Origin: Dictyostelium discoideum
Taxonomy: Eukaryota
Direction: 5' to 3'
NCBI GenBank assembly: GCA_000004695.1
Contig: CM000151.3
Location: forward strand, 1,568,001 to 1,632,000
DNA: 64,000 nt
Below the pieces are notes generated by a model. The model made no database searches. It was given only the letters and a program-made list of their open reading frames with translations, and was not told the origin of the DNA. Of the stretch, positions 32,933 through 46,500 are shown piece after piece. The position numbers and the translations under genes were made by a program. The first letter of the stretch is position 1; each line of letters starts with the position of its first letter.

Positions 32933-35439
32933 AAATACAAATAATTTTAAAAAGCCCCAAATGATCTTGGATATAATTATTTAATGAATGAAGCAAGAGT
33001 TAAAGCCGAGAGTGAATTAAAATTAGATTTTTCAATATATTACGAAAATTTAGAAGAGTCAATGGAGGAAGCTGAAAAAGCATTTCAAGATGCACTTCAT
33101 AAAGGTGCAAATTTAATAGTTGTTGGATCATTTGTTCATGTTGGGTTGGGTTTAAAATATGCTGCACTTACAAAAGATCAAGATATTTATTGGATTATCC
33201 GTGGTAACAAAAGACCAAATCCAGATCTTCCTCATGTTGTAATTTTAAATTTTAATTCTTTTGAATTACACTATTTACTTGGTTATTTCTCAGGATTAAT
33301 GACTAAAACCGGTATAGTTGGTTTTGTTGCACCAGGTCCAGATGTTAATACAATTTCAACTGATAATAGGTAATTATTTTTAATTTTTTTAATTTTTTTT
33401 TAATTTTTTTTCTAATCCTTTTTTTCCAAGCTTTTATTTAGGGGCAAAGTATGCACGTCCAAATATTACCTTTTTGAATGTTTATGTTCAATCCTGGTAT
33501 AATCCAAACGGTAAATTTTTTTTTAATTTTTTTTTATTTTTTTTTATTTTTTATTTTTTATTTTTTTTGGTCCAAAACTTTTTTAAACTATAAAAAATTT
33601 TTTGTTGGTTCAATTGGTTAAAAAAAAAAGAATGTAGAGTCAATTTATTAATATATTTATAAATATTTAAATATAGTTTCATATAGTGCAGCAAAAATGT
33701 TAATTAAAAATGGAGCAGATTTAATTGGTATGTCACAAGATGATATGTCATGTCAAAAAGCAATGATGGATAGTGGATTAATTGGAATTGGTGCAACTGG
33801 ATATCCAACACATCTTTTATTTGGTGGAAATGTTGGTGTTTCTTATATTACCAATTGGACCAACCTTTATGTGAAGTATGCTCAACATGTTTTAAATGAT
33901 GATTGGCCAGATTATAGTTCTTACTTTACCAATTTATCAAGAGAAGATTCAATTTTCATTGATGATTATAGTTATAAAGTACCAATTGATATTCAAAATT
34001 TGGTTAATGATGAAATCCAAAGGTTAAAGAATACATCATATATTCCATACCGTTCAGATCCTTATTTGGCTCAATTGGGTATTCCATTCGATAGTAAAGG
34101 TCTATTGGTTGAAGATCAATTTAGAGCAAATAAAAAGCTATTAAAAGGTGATAGTATTTCAAAAGTTATTGATTTTGGTCAATATTCAATACCGATTGAA
34201 TTTATTGATTATCCAAATTCATTAAAATATGGTGTAACAATTGTATCTGGTGTTTGTATTTTTATATGTTTAGTTTGTATGACATTGGTAGTTGTATTTA
34301 AAAAGGCAAGAGTTATTAAATCGTCAAGTCCAGCATTTTTATTATTAATTTTATTGGGATGTTGTATTATATTTGCTGCATGTATATTATTTGCACAATC
34401 ACCAACCAATCAAACATGTTCAGCTAGAATTTGGTTATTAAGTTTAGGTTATACATTGTTTTTGGGTAATTTGTTAGTAAAGAATTGGAGAATTTGGTTA
34501 TTATTTGATAATCCAAAATTAAAGAAACGTGCAATTACCAATTGGAAATTATATCCATGGGTATTTGCTATATTGGCAATCGATGTAATGATATTGGCTA
34601 TTTGGCAAGGTTTGGGTAATATCAATGCTGAGTCTAGAATTGGCTATGATTCATTAACTCAATATCAATATAAAAATGTTTGTTCAAGTGATGATCAAGG
34701 TTCAATTGCTTTATATCTTTTATTGGTATTTCATGGTTTGGTTTTATTGGTTGCATGTTTTATTTCTTTTAAAATTAAAGTTGTAGATATTGAAGAATTT
34801 AATGAATCAAAACCAATTACAACCAGTGTTTACATTATAACATTTTGTTTATTCATTGTTATACCATTAATGGTTTCACCACAATCATTAACTAGTCAAA
34901 CTACAATCATTTGTGTTTGTGCTATCGTTACAACTTTAATTAGTATGTTGTTATTATTTGGTAGTAAATTCTATAAAATGGCAACTCAAGGCTTAGCAAT
35001 TAATGAAACTTTTGCAACTAGTACAAAATCATCAAGTAAATCTTCAAAATCAAGTTATGGTAAAGATAATCCAAATCCAAATGCTATCAATTTCGGTGAA
35101 GATGATACATCTGATGAAACTTCTGAAGAAAAGCATAAATCTCCAAAACAAAAATCTGTAAATTTTAGTAATAAATCAAATTCTCATTTAGCAGTTTTTA
35201 CAAGTGATGAAGAAACAAGTAAAACAAGTAAATTAAGCATTGATTTTGAAAATTCAAGTAAAGATATTAGTATTGATCAATTACAACAACAAAAACAACA
35301 ACCAATTAACACAAATGGGGATTTAGAAAATAAATCAAATGATAAAATAGATGATGATAATGATAATTCAAGTGTTTTATCTAAAAGAATATCAAATCAA
35401 CAAAATGGTGAAACAGAAATTGATTCCAATAATGTTTAA
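32728..35439 (+). CDS. Family-3 (GABA-B/metabotropic-glutamate-like, Grl-type) GPCR. Signal peptide, BMP/PnrA-type periplasmic-binding-like extracellular domain, 7TM, S/N-rich tail. Exons 32728..32821, 32955..33369, 33431..33510, 33677..35439
   Basis: MKILLYIAIILSFFSLITISSECKIAVLLSG followed by gtaagt. The binding domain reads ...NEARVKAESELKL...IVGFVAPGPDVNTIS...GAKYARPNITFLNVYVQSWYNPN. Seven hydrophobic helices follow (VTIVSGVCIFICLV..., AFLLLILLGCCIIFAAC..., IWLLSLGYTLFLG..., etc.). The total exon length of 2352 nt is divisible by 3. The first acceptor (aaaaag) and the third (ccaag) are the weakest calls. Confidence 0.6.
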
Positions 35440-35899
35440 ATATTTTATTGTAATAAAAAACAATAATAATAAAAAAATAAAAAAATAAAAATATTAAAAC
35501 TTTGTAGATTATTTATAAAAATTATAAATAGAAAAAATAATAGTAAATAAAAGAAAAAGATATATTTTTATTTTAAATGTTGTTATTAAACATTTTTTGT
35601 GAACAATTGATGGACCAGATTGAGTTAATTTCCGAATACCAGGAGTTAACACCAATTTAGTAATTATACCACTTGGTTTTACAATCTCTAATATTTGAAG
35701 ATAAAAAAATTCAAATGACTACTTCAACCGATATTCGTTCATGATTTCCAATTAAAAATAATATTAAAAAATCAAAAAATAATAATAATAAAAACAAAGA
35801 AAAGAGATAAATTTAAAAAATATATCAATTTTTTTTTTTTTTATTATAAATTTATTTTTAAATGTTTTTTAAGAGTTTTTGTGAAAAATTGATGGACCA

Positions 35900-36950
35900 T
35901 ATTCATCATATTCTTGTCTTGTGACATACAGTTGTAGGAAAGTTGAGAGTGAAGCTAAATAGATCCATCAATCCATACAGAATTTTTACGTTCTGGTGGT
36001 GAAACGATGTTAATGTTCGTGTTAGAAGGTGTTAAAGCAGTTAATTCTTTATTCAAACGATCAGCAAAACCTGGTAGCATGGTTGTACCACCTGACAATA
36101 AAATGCAACCATACAAATCATTTTGAATATCAACATCACACCTCTTGATTGAATTATAAGTTGATTGGTGAATACCAGCTGATCCCATACCTAATAATGA
36201 TGGTTTGAAGAGGGCTTCTGGACAATGGAAACGTTCATTTCCATCGTAATGACTTGACCATCTGGTAATTCGTATGATGTTGAGTTGGCAGCAGTTTTCA
36301 CTTCAGTTTCAAAATCTAAAGCAACGTAGGCGATTTCTCTTTGATATCTCTGACAATTTCTCTTTCGGGCAGTTGTGGAGAATGAGTTACCACGTTCGCT
36401 CAACATTTTCATCATGTAGTCAGTGAGATCATTACCAGCTAAATCTAAATGTAAAATGGAATTTGTCATAGCTTTACCTTCATAAATTGGTACAGTGTGG
36501 GAAACACCACCACCTGAATCAATAACGATACCAGTGGTACGACCAGAAGCGTATAATGATAAGATGGCTTGAATGGAAACATACATGGCTGGAATGCCAT
36601 AACATTCAAACATATATTGAGCCATTTTCTCTGTGTTGACTTTTGGATTAAATGGAGGTTCAGTTAAGAAAACTGGGTGTTGATCTGAAGAGACACAAAG
36701 TTGATCGTTGAAAGCATGATTCCAAAATTTTTTCCATATTTTCCCAGTTAATAATAATAACTTTTTCAATTGGATATTCGAGTCGTTCCAGATCTCTCTT
36801 TGATTGAGCATCATTACCTACATATGAATCAACTTGACCTATTTTCGGTTTGGAAAAACCAACAACTGATGGGAAAGCATGTGGTGATTCATCTCCAGAA
36901 AAACCGACTTTAATAATAGAAGAACCATTATCAATAACTATGGTTAACAC
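35900..36950 (-). pseudogene. Actin pseudogene, divergent and with frameshifts
   Basis: Three minus-strand ORFs in different frames (36660..36950, 36191..36814, 35955..36188) each translate to actin-like sequence (VIDNGSSIIKVGF..., ...[24 protein letters not shown]..., ...[22 protein letters not shown]...). The 3' end keeps a degraded copy of the actin stop-codon region. Confidence 0.75.
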
Positions 36951-37367
36951 AACAACACTTGTTTTTCAATCATTTTTATTTATTGTATTGTAATAAAATG
37001 ATATAAAAAAAACTAATTCTTGGCAAATTTTTGTATTTAACAATAAAATAAATTTTATTTATTTTTATTTTTTATTGTAAAGTTGTTTAATGAATAACTT
37101 TAGATACCGATTATTTTCGAATTCTATTAATCGTTTTAAGCAAATTAAACACAAAAAAAAAAATTTTTGTAGTTGGATTTGCAAAAAAAAAAAAAAAATC
37201 GAAAAAGGTTTTGAAAATTAATATTGTGCGGATTAGCCAAATCTAACATTTTTTAATTTTTTTTTTTTAAATTTTTCAAATCAAACACTTTTTTTTTTTT
37301 TTTTTTTTTTTTTTTTATTTGTTTTTTTTTTTTTTATTATTTTTTTTTTTTTATTATTTTTCTTTTT

Positions 37368-37934
37368 TCACCTTTTTCTTTGGTATTGATTTCTTTTTTT
37401 TTCAGACCAGAAGTTTAGGCTTTGGCGATAAAATCCAATGAACAGTTCTTTGTTTTTAATTAGAGAATTATCGATGGTGTCAATAATCTCATCAAGGAAG
37501 GACCCATGGGAATTACGTTCTCGGTAGAAATGGTTCTTGATATAGCCAAAGAAACGCTCAATGGGATTCAACTCTGGAGAATAGGAAGGAAGAAATATCA
37601 ATTGAACCGAATATTGATTAAACAATTCAAATAGTGCATTTAAAGCTTCGATACCACCGTGAATTGGAGCATTGTCCATTACCAATAATGAACCAGGCTT
37701 GCAAAATCCACTTTCCAAAAGTTCTCTAACATATTGAAAGAAGTCTTCAGTATTATTGGTTTTATCACGGATTTTATACAAACAATCATCCAAACTGATG
37801 GTGAAAAACCCATTGTAGGTCTCAGAAATGCTGGTGCTATTGGTAACATAAACCGGCTCTCCAATCGGTCCAACAGCTTTAGATCTCCTTAATTCTAATA
37901 AAAAACCTTATTAGTTTTAATTATTTATTTTGTA

Positions 37935-37996
<62 letters not shown>

Positions 37997-38724
37997 TAAT
38001 TACCTTATAATGTTAATAGTGGAATTCAGAATGGATGGAAAGAAAGACAATTATTTAATTAAAAATATTTTTTAAAAAAAAAAAAAAAAAAATTAGTATA
38101 AATATTTATATTCAATCTAAAATAATAAAATATAATACCTCTAGAAGAAAATGAGCATTCATCTAAAAAATAAATTTTTTTCCAATCAGTATTGTAAATT
38201 ATTGTATTAAAATAAAATAATTTTAATAAATTTTCAATTTTGTATTTATTTTCCTAAAAAAAAAAAAAAAAAATTAACAAATAGTTAGTTATTTAATATA
38301 TTAAAACTTTTTTACTTACTTGTTTATAGGTTGGAGAGTGGTAATTCCATTTCAATTCTTTGAATATTGAACATATCCTCGATTTGTTGACCTTTTTATA
38401 AAAAATACTATTTTGATCTGAGTTAATTTCTTGGGCGATCTCCCTCATTGTGAGATTAGGTCGGACATTAACCATTGCTACCACAGTTGCCACCAAGAGT
38501 TCATACTGTTCTGTAGTAAATGTACTTGGAGATCTGGAGCCGCCATGGGATTGTCTAATTCTATTATCTTTGATATCTCTACGGTAATAATTGAGTTGAT
38601 TTCTGGTCAAACCATTTTCACGAGCAGCTCTACTTATATTACCGATTCTAACCCCATATTCTAATGCATTGTATATTCTCTCAGTATGCTCAATTAAGTG
38701 AGTTAAACTTCTTTTAGGTTTCAT
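37368..38724 (-). mobile_element. Tc1/mariner-superfamily DNA transposon transposase gene (possibly the Dictyostelium DDT family) with one intron. Exons (minus strand) 38316..38724 and 37368..37894
   Basis: The N-terminal exon is a paired/Tc1-type HTH (…GNISRAARENGLTRNQLNYYRR…). The C-terminal exon carries the DDE_3 signatures VMDNAPIHGG and LPSYSPELNPIERFFGY. The donor is 'gtaaaa' and the acceptor 'tttattag'; this pairing was chosen by phase. The first catalytic D is not evident (SISET), so the copy may be inactive. No TIRs were identified. Confidence 0.55.
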
Positions 38725-38728
38725 TATA

Positions 38729-38990
38729 TTGTTATTACTATTATTACTACTATATTGCTATTGCTATCACTATTGTTACTATTATTACTACTATATTGCT
38801 ATTACTATTATTACTATTACTACTATATTTCTATTGCTATTACTGTTATTACTATTATTACAATTATTACAATTATTACAATTATTACTACTATATTTCT
38901 ATTGCTATTACTATTACCATTACTACTATATAGCTATTGCTATTAATATTTCTATTTCTATTTCTATTACAATTATAAATATAATTAATT
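38729..38990. repeat. Complex (TTA/CTA/TTG)-rich minisatellite directly upstream of the transposase start
   Basis: 'attactattattactactatattgctattgctat...' units are repeated irregularly. The LLLL/YYYY ORFs over this region in the ORF track are artefacts. Confidence 0.8.
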
Positions 38991-39204
38991 ATATTATTAT
39001 TTTGGTTTTATTAATTATGTTTTTTTAATTGTTTTTATTATTATAAACTGCAAGTGGTTTTTTTATTTAAAATAAAAAAATGATCATTTTAACCAAAAAT
39101 GTAGATGTGATGGTTTATTATTATAAAAACTATGGCCAATTGTATTTCATTTTATTTATAGTTGGTTAAAATAATGAGTGAATTTTTTTTTTTTAACTGT
39201 GAAA

Positions 39205-39295
39205 CATTTCCCCCACTTTTTTTTAAATTAAAAAAAGAAAAATAGTTGGAGATATTTTCCCCCACTTTTTTTTAAATTAAAAAAAGAAAAATAAA
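39205..39295. repeat. Tandem direct repeat of about 46 bp, two copies ('atttcccccacttttttttaaattaaaaaaagaaaaata')
   Basis: Seen in the sequence. The units start at 39209 and 39254. Confidence 0.8.
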
Positions 39296-39841
39296 ATAAA
39301 ATAAAAATAAAATCTTTTATCAAAACAAAGATAACTTTTTTAATTTTTTTTTTATTTTAAAAATAATAATAATAATAATAATAATATTAATAATAATAAT
39401 AATAATAATAAAAATAAATAAATAAATAAAATTCAATTTATTTTATTTCCAAAAAAATTTTAGTATAAAATATTTTTATTGTATAGTTTTAAATTTTTAA
39501 AATAAAAAAAAAAATATTCATAATAATTAACTTAGAAAGTTTTTTAATATTTTATAGCGAGTTTAAACCCTTTTTTTATTTTTTTTTTTTTTTTTTTTTT
39601 TTTTGTTTGACTTAAGTGAGTTTTTTTAATTTTTTTTTTTATGATTAATTTGCTCAAAACGCACTATATCTAACTCGCAAACAAAATAAAAATAATTTCA
39701 AAAGTTAATTAAAAAAATCAAAAAAAAAAAAAAAACAATTAAACAAAACTAAAGAAAACAAGATTTGTTTTGAAATATAAATAATTTTTTTTTTTTTTTT
39801 TTAAAAATACAACAATATTTTTTTTTTCTTTATTTATAAAT

Positions 39842-40981
<1,140 letters not shown>

Positions 40982-42102
40982 TTAATTGTATTTATTATTA
41001 TATTAGAATGATTAAAAAAAAAAAAAAAAATTAGTTTTTAAACTTTTTTTTTTTTTAATAATTTTTATAAAAAAAAAAATAAAAAATAAAAAATTGGGTT
41101 TTGGAAGATTTTTTTTTGGGGTTGGGTTTTGTTTTTTTTTTTTTGAAATTGGCTTTGTATTTTTTTTTTTTTTTTCATGAAAACCTTTTTAAAAATAATT
41201 AATAGTTTTGTTAAATTTCTTTTTTTTTTTTTTGGTTGAATTAAATTAGCAACAATATCATAATCATCGTCACAATCACAACCAAAAATACATTATACTA
41301 CTTTTCTTGGTTGCCACAGATACAATAATAAACAGTATTATTCACAAATCACTATCGATTACATAATAATAATCAAAATAATCATGAATCTTCTTCACAC
41401 AAAGATATGGGCCAACCAAAATCAACAGCAAAATCTACCGCAACAATAACATGTATTGATAGCTTTGTTTAAAGATGAGAATATGTTAAGCACATTATGG
41501 TTAGTTTGGAGAATGATCGTTGAAGAGTTATACAATTTAATAAAGAGAAATTTATTATCACCAAATCATTAAAAGAGGGTACTATTGGAAAATGCCATCA
41601 CTATTGTATTTGAAAATCATGAAACTATTGCTTTAATTGGTAAAGAATGTTGTTCCACTAGGAATACTTTTATCTATTCCAATTTCAATACTTTTGTTTC
41701 ACATCAACTGTACTAGATATAGATATTCAACAGAAACAACTACTTCAACAAATTCAACAAGTTTACTATTTTTTAACTCAGTTGACAGAAATAGTATTGG
41801 AGTGGTATAAGTAGGAAAATTGTAGAATAGTAATAGTAGAGGTTATGGCACAAGTAGAAAAAATAGTAGAGAAATTGGTTAGAATCCACTACCGTCTACT
41901 GCCATGGAACCAATACAAACAACTCAATAATCAAATTTCTATTTTAAAAATGAAGTTTCAGATATTTTGCTAAATGATAAATATCAAAAATGAAAGTTTA
42001 GAGAGTAATATAGTAGTCTCAAGTAGAAAACCATGCATTCCCTAAATTAGAGGTAAAAAGAAATGCATATTGGTGGTTAAAAAAAATTTTTTTCATCAAA
42101 AA

Positions 42103-42172
42103 GCCCGTGTCGTATAGTGGTTATTATATCTGTCTTGTACTATGTGCACAAAGCGATAACAGAGGGTCCTCA
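42103..42172 (+). tRNA. 5' portion of a tRNA gene (anticodon TGT, Thr-type reading) including an 18-nt intron, truncated within the T stem by a retroelement insertion
   Basis: Acceptor GCCCGTG. T8. D stem GTAT/TTAT with the canonical D loop AGTGGTTA. Anticodon stem TCTGT/ACAGA. Loop c-t-TGT-a with the intron 'ctatgtgcacaaagcgat' after position 37. Variable loop GGGTC. Then CTCA-, the start of the T stem. Confidence 0.55.
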
Positions 42173-42338
42173 AACCGCACCGCGATCAAGAGGATACAAG
42201 ATACACGTGAAAAGTAATTCATCCTTTTCTATCCTTAATCTCGGTCAATTTTAACCAATCTTTCAAAAAAAATCACCAATCCACCACGATCTACAGATCT
42301 AATTTACCAAATCGCCGATTCAAAGGAATCCCATCGAG

Positions 42339-43592
42339 ATGAATTCCTACGCAGACGCGGCTAAAATGGCCAACCCCTCCACCCATATGGACGAGGCATC
42401 AGAGAACTTCATTAAGGAATTCTCCACAAAAACAGCAGAGATAAAGGAGACCTACCCCAAATTATCAATAGGCCTCAAAGACATCTCCAAATACTGCGAG
42501 ACCATATTGAACATGACTGCTCTCTCAACCTACGAGAAAAACAACGGATTCTACCCAATTACACTCGAATTCCCCAAAATGGATCTCATGGGGTTAGAAG
42601 AAATGAGAAAAACACTCTCAAACTACGATATCCCAATCGACAAGATATACATAGGCAAAGGAACTAGAAAAACGATCCACCTGATGATTAAAAACGAACA
42701 ATCTCTCCTAAATATCATTAGAGATAGAAGCAAATTGGGAACCTTCATCACCTCCAGTAGAGACTACCACGTCCTCACAGGAAGAGTAAGAATTCCAAGA
42801 GAAAAGGCAGGAATAGTGGATGCCCTCATCAAAACTGCCTTTGCAGAAGAAATACCCTATGCAATATACCATACTATATACTCCACCGACCACCTCCTAG
42901 TATTCGGTCTAATAGAATGCAAAATAGGCGATCAAATGAAATCTGGCCAACACAATACAGAAATCGCCAACTTTACCATCAGAACGGCCACCAAAACCTA
43001 CTCCTCACAAAAGAAAAATAAGAAAGTAGAGTCAAACAACACGGAAGAACCATTAGAAGATGAGATGACAGATGATCCTCCCAACATCCAAAACAGGATA
43101 GCAATCAAATCCTCTCAACCAAAACCACAACAACAAACAAACAACCCAGCAAACAATAAGTCTGATAAACAATCAACCCAAGAGAAAAAAGCCCAATCAA
43201 AAAAGTCCTCTCAACCTCTTCCCCCCAAAAACCAAGCAGAATCTCAATCTGTCAAACCCACCACAACCACTACCACAACATCCAACGCCATCCAAAAAGA
43301 CAATGCCAACAAAACGAGCACTAACATCCATTCATCCTCGGAAAACAGAGAGAAGACACCAAACATCCCTCCATCACATAAACGCAAGAACGAGGAAATC
43401 CACTCAAACAACGAGGTCACCCAACTCTCACCAACAATAAACAGAAGCAACCCTTACATCCCATCCACCCCTAAGACACCTGTCAATAAAGAAAGGAAAG
43501 GAATCATTGAGAGCTTCATAGAGAGTATCTACCCTTCACCATCCAAACCGCAGCTAAACGACTCCCAAGAGGAGATCGATATCATCTCATAA
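42339..43592 (+). CDS. Retrotransposon ORF1 (417 aa), basic with a P/T/Q/N-rich C-terminal half
   Basis: First long ORF of the element. It ends in a TAA that overlaps the ORF2 ATG. Confidence 0.8.
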   Translation: MNSYADAAKMANPSTHMDEASENFIKEFSTKTAEIKETYPKLSIGLKDISKYCETILNMTALSTYEKNNGFYPITLEFPKMDLMGLEEMRKTLSNYDIPIDKIYIGKGTRKTIHLMIKNEQSLLNIIRDRSKLGTFITSSRDYHVLTGRVRIPREKAGIVDALIKTAFAEEIPYAIYHTIYSTDHLLVFGLIECKIGDQMKSGQHNTEIANFTIRTATKTYSSQKKNKKVESNNTEEPLEDEMTDDPPNIQNRIAIKSSQPKPQQQTNNPANNKSDKQSTQEKKAQSKKSSQPLPPKNQAESQSVKPTTTTTTTSNAIQKDNANKTSTNIHSSSENREKTPNIPPSHKRKNEEIHSNNEVTQLSPTINRSNPYIPSTPKTPVNKERKGIIESFIESIYPSPSKPQLNDSQEEIDIIS

Positions 43593-46500
43593 TGGTAGTA
43601 ATCAAAATCAACCAATGGAATGTCAGAGGTTGGGGCACTGACACCTCCTTCAAAAACAAAACAGACTTTATCAAATCCCAATCCCCCCCAAACTCATTGG
43701 CACTAACCATAGTCAATGAACTCAACGCCGACGCAACACAAGCACACCAGCTATTTCCTGGCTCCATCATTAGCGCAACCAACAGAGGCAACGGAATAGG
43801 AATACTAAACCACAACAACCAAAACATAAAACTCTCACCAATATTCATAATAGAAGGTAGACTAATAATATCAGACATTCTAATAAAAGATACCACAACG
43901 AGAATCTTGGCCATATACGCCCCGGCCCAACCTGATAAAAGAAAAACACTAGCTTCAACACTAAACAAACACTTCAACAACCAATACCACAACCTAACGT
44001 CTAACCCTAAAAAAAACATCGACATCATAGCAGGCGACTTCAATTGTTTAGACTTCAATGACAATCACACATCAAATGATGACCAAGGCAACTTGACAAC
44101 ACAATCCCCAGATGAGATGGCCACAGTAATCGAAGCCATCAGAATTTCAAATAACCTAATGGATATGGACCAACTAAATAAAAGACCCACCTTCTCAAGA
44201 ACGATACACAACACAAACAATAACCTCACAAGAATCTTGGAAAGGAGACTAGACAGAATATACCTTAACAATAGCATAATCAACTACAGCCAATTATACT
44301 TAAGGAACCTAATCCCCCCAAAAATTAATGACATACCTCTATCAGATCACAACTTCCTATCAACCACCTTCACTCTACCCAACATACAGATGAACAAGCG
44401 CAGATGGAGATTAAAAAAATCCTCAATCCTCTCAAGCATAATGCTTAAGAAAATAGACTTCCTACTTAACGATTATTCAAGGGAGCTGTCATCCAACCAT
44501 AACTCTATTTCCTTCTCTCAACTCAACAGCTTACTAAACAAAATAAAACAACTATACACAGAATTTCAAAAACAAAATGACTACAACAATAAGGCAAACA
44601 TCAAAAATCTAATCTCCCTACTAGAGACAGAATTTAAAGACCAAGCCTTCGCAACCCTTTCAGCAATAAATGAATCTAAAAAAAGAGAAGAACAACTTAA
44701 ACAAGAATTGAACAACTATTGCGAAGAAACCTCACTCAAGTACATCTCCGCGAGAATCAAGAAAAGACACAATGATTTCACCATCAACGCAGTAAAAGAT
44801 GCACAAGGTAGAACAATCAACAAACAGGAATTGATCGAAGAAGAATACGTAAAATATTACTCAAATCTTTATGACTACAAAGAAGATGACCCACCATCTC
44901 ATTATGAAATGTTGGAAAATTGGACAGTGACCAGGGACTCAACATGGGACAACCTTGAAAATGAATTCACATCACAAGAGATCCTAGAAGTAATAAAACA
45001 ATTGAACCCACACAAATCTCCAGGCCCAGATGGAATTCCAAACTTATTCTACATAACACACAAAGAAAAACTAGCTCCAATACTGGCCTCAGCATTCAAC
45101 GACACTCTAAGAAATCCTCATCTAATTAGCAAAAATTACAAAGAAGGCCTCATTATCACGATACCTAAAAAGGGAGACCCCGAACTAATCAAAAACAGAA
45201 GACCAATTACACTGGCTAACTGTATATATAAAATCCACTCAAAACTAATAAACAATAGAATAATCCCAATACTAACGAAAGTGATCAACCACAATCAAAA
45301 AGGTTTCGTACCAGGCAGATTCATTATAGATAATATCATATCAATGAACGAATTAATCAACTATTGTAATGATAAAAGAATTAACGGAATAATTACACTA
45401 TATGATTTCGAAAAAGCTTTTGACTCGATCTCACACGGTTCAATACTCAGATCACTACAACACATCAACATTCCAACCAATATAATCAACCTGATAATGA
45501 ATCTACTCACCAAATCTGAAGCAAGAATTGAAATTAATGGTAGAACTACTATACCCTTTGAGATCAAAAGAGGAGTTAAACAAGGAGATCCACTATCACC
45601 CACCCTGTTCGTCCTTGTAATAGAGGCTTTAGCTAGAAAAATTTTACAAGATGACCGAATTACTGGCCTTCCTCTAAACAACAGCAACCACAGAGAGAAA
45701 TTCCAAAGCTTTGCAGACGACTCGGCTTCAATGGTCCCAGACTCTCAACAACTTGAATTAGTACTACAACACTTCAATTCATTTTGCAAAGCCACTTCCT
45801 CAAAACTAAACATCGACAAATCTTCATCAATTCTTATAGGCAACCCAGACAATACCAACCAAAGAATTCCAATATCTACAAATCCAGAAAGATACTTGGG
45901 ATACTTCTTCACAGGCAAAGGGATAACAAGAAAAATGCCAGAAATATTAAACACAATAAGATCATCCTTAGTACTATGGAAAACCACTGACTCAACAATC
46001 AAAACCAAAACCAACATCCTCAAAGCATTCGCACTCTCTAAATTAACCTACTATTCATATGTAGAGAACTTTAAGGAAGAGGAATTAAACCAAATCAATA
46101 AATTAGTCGAATGGTTTTTATCGGCACCAAACAACAAAAATGCTAGTGGATTTCAAGTTATTAATTTAATGAGAACCAAAAGAGCAAGATACCCACTAAA
46201 AGTAGGGGGCTGGAACATTTGGAATATAGAATTGAGACAACTGGCGCAGAAACTTTGGATCATAAACCAGTTCATCCTAGCACTAGAAACCAAACAAACA
46301 AACTCATCTCATCACAAAAGCTGGGAATATCAGATCCAAAAAAACAAATTCACATCCAGATACCTAAAAGAAAACTTAGACGAATGGAACAAAATAAGAA
46401 TAAAAAAAGCAATCTTCAACAATAATCTCACATCCATAAAAAACGAAAATGGACAACCACTTTCACTGGCAGAATGGTATACCACAATTCAAGACCAAAA

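Noticed and set aside
38729-39028. ORFs 38729..39028 and 38755..38946 (L/Y/I-rich)
   Set aside because: They are translations of the TTA/CTA minisatellite and are not genes.
43582-46023. Several 60-160-aa minus-strand ORFs inside the retrotransposon (43582..44064, 44065..44283, 45361..45687, 45745..46023)
   Set aside because: They are antisense to the long ORF2 and arise because the element is less AT-rich. They have no domain content.
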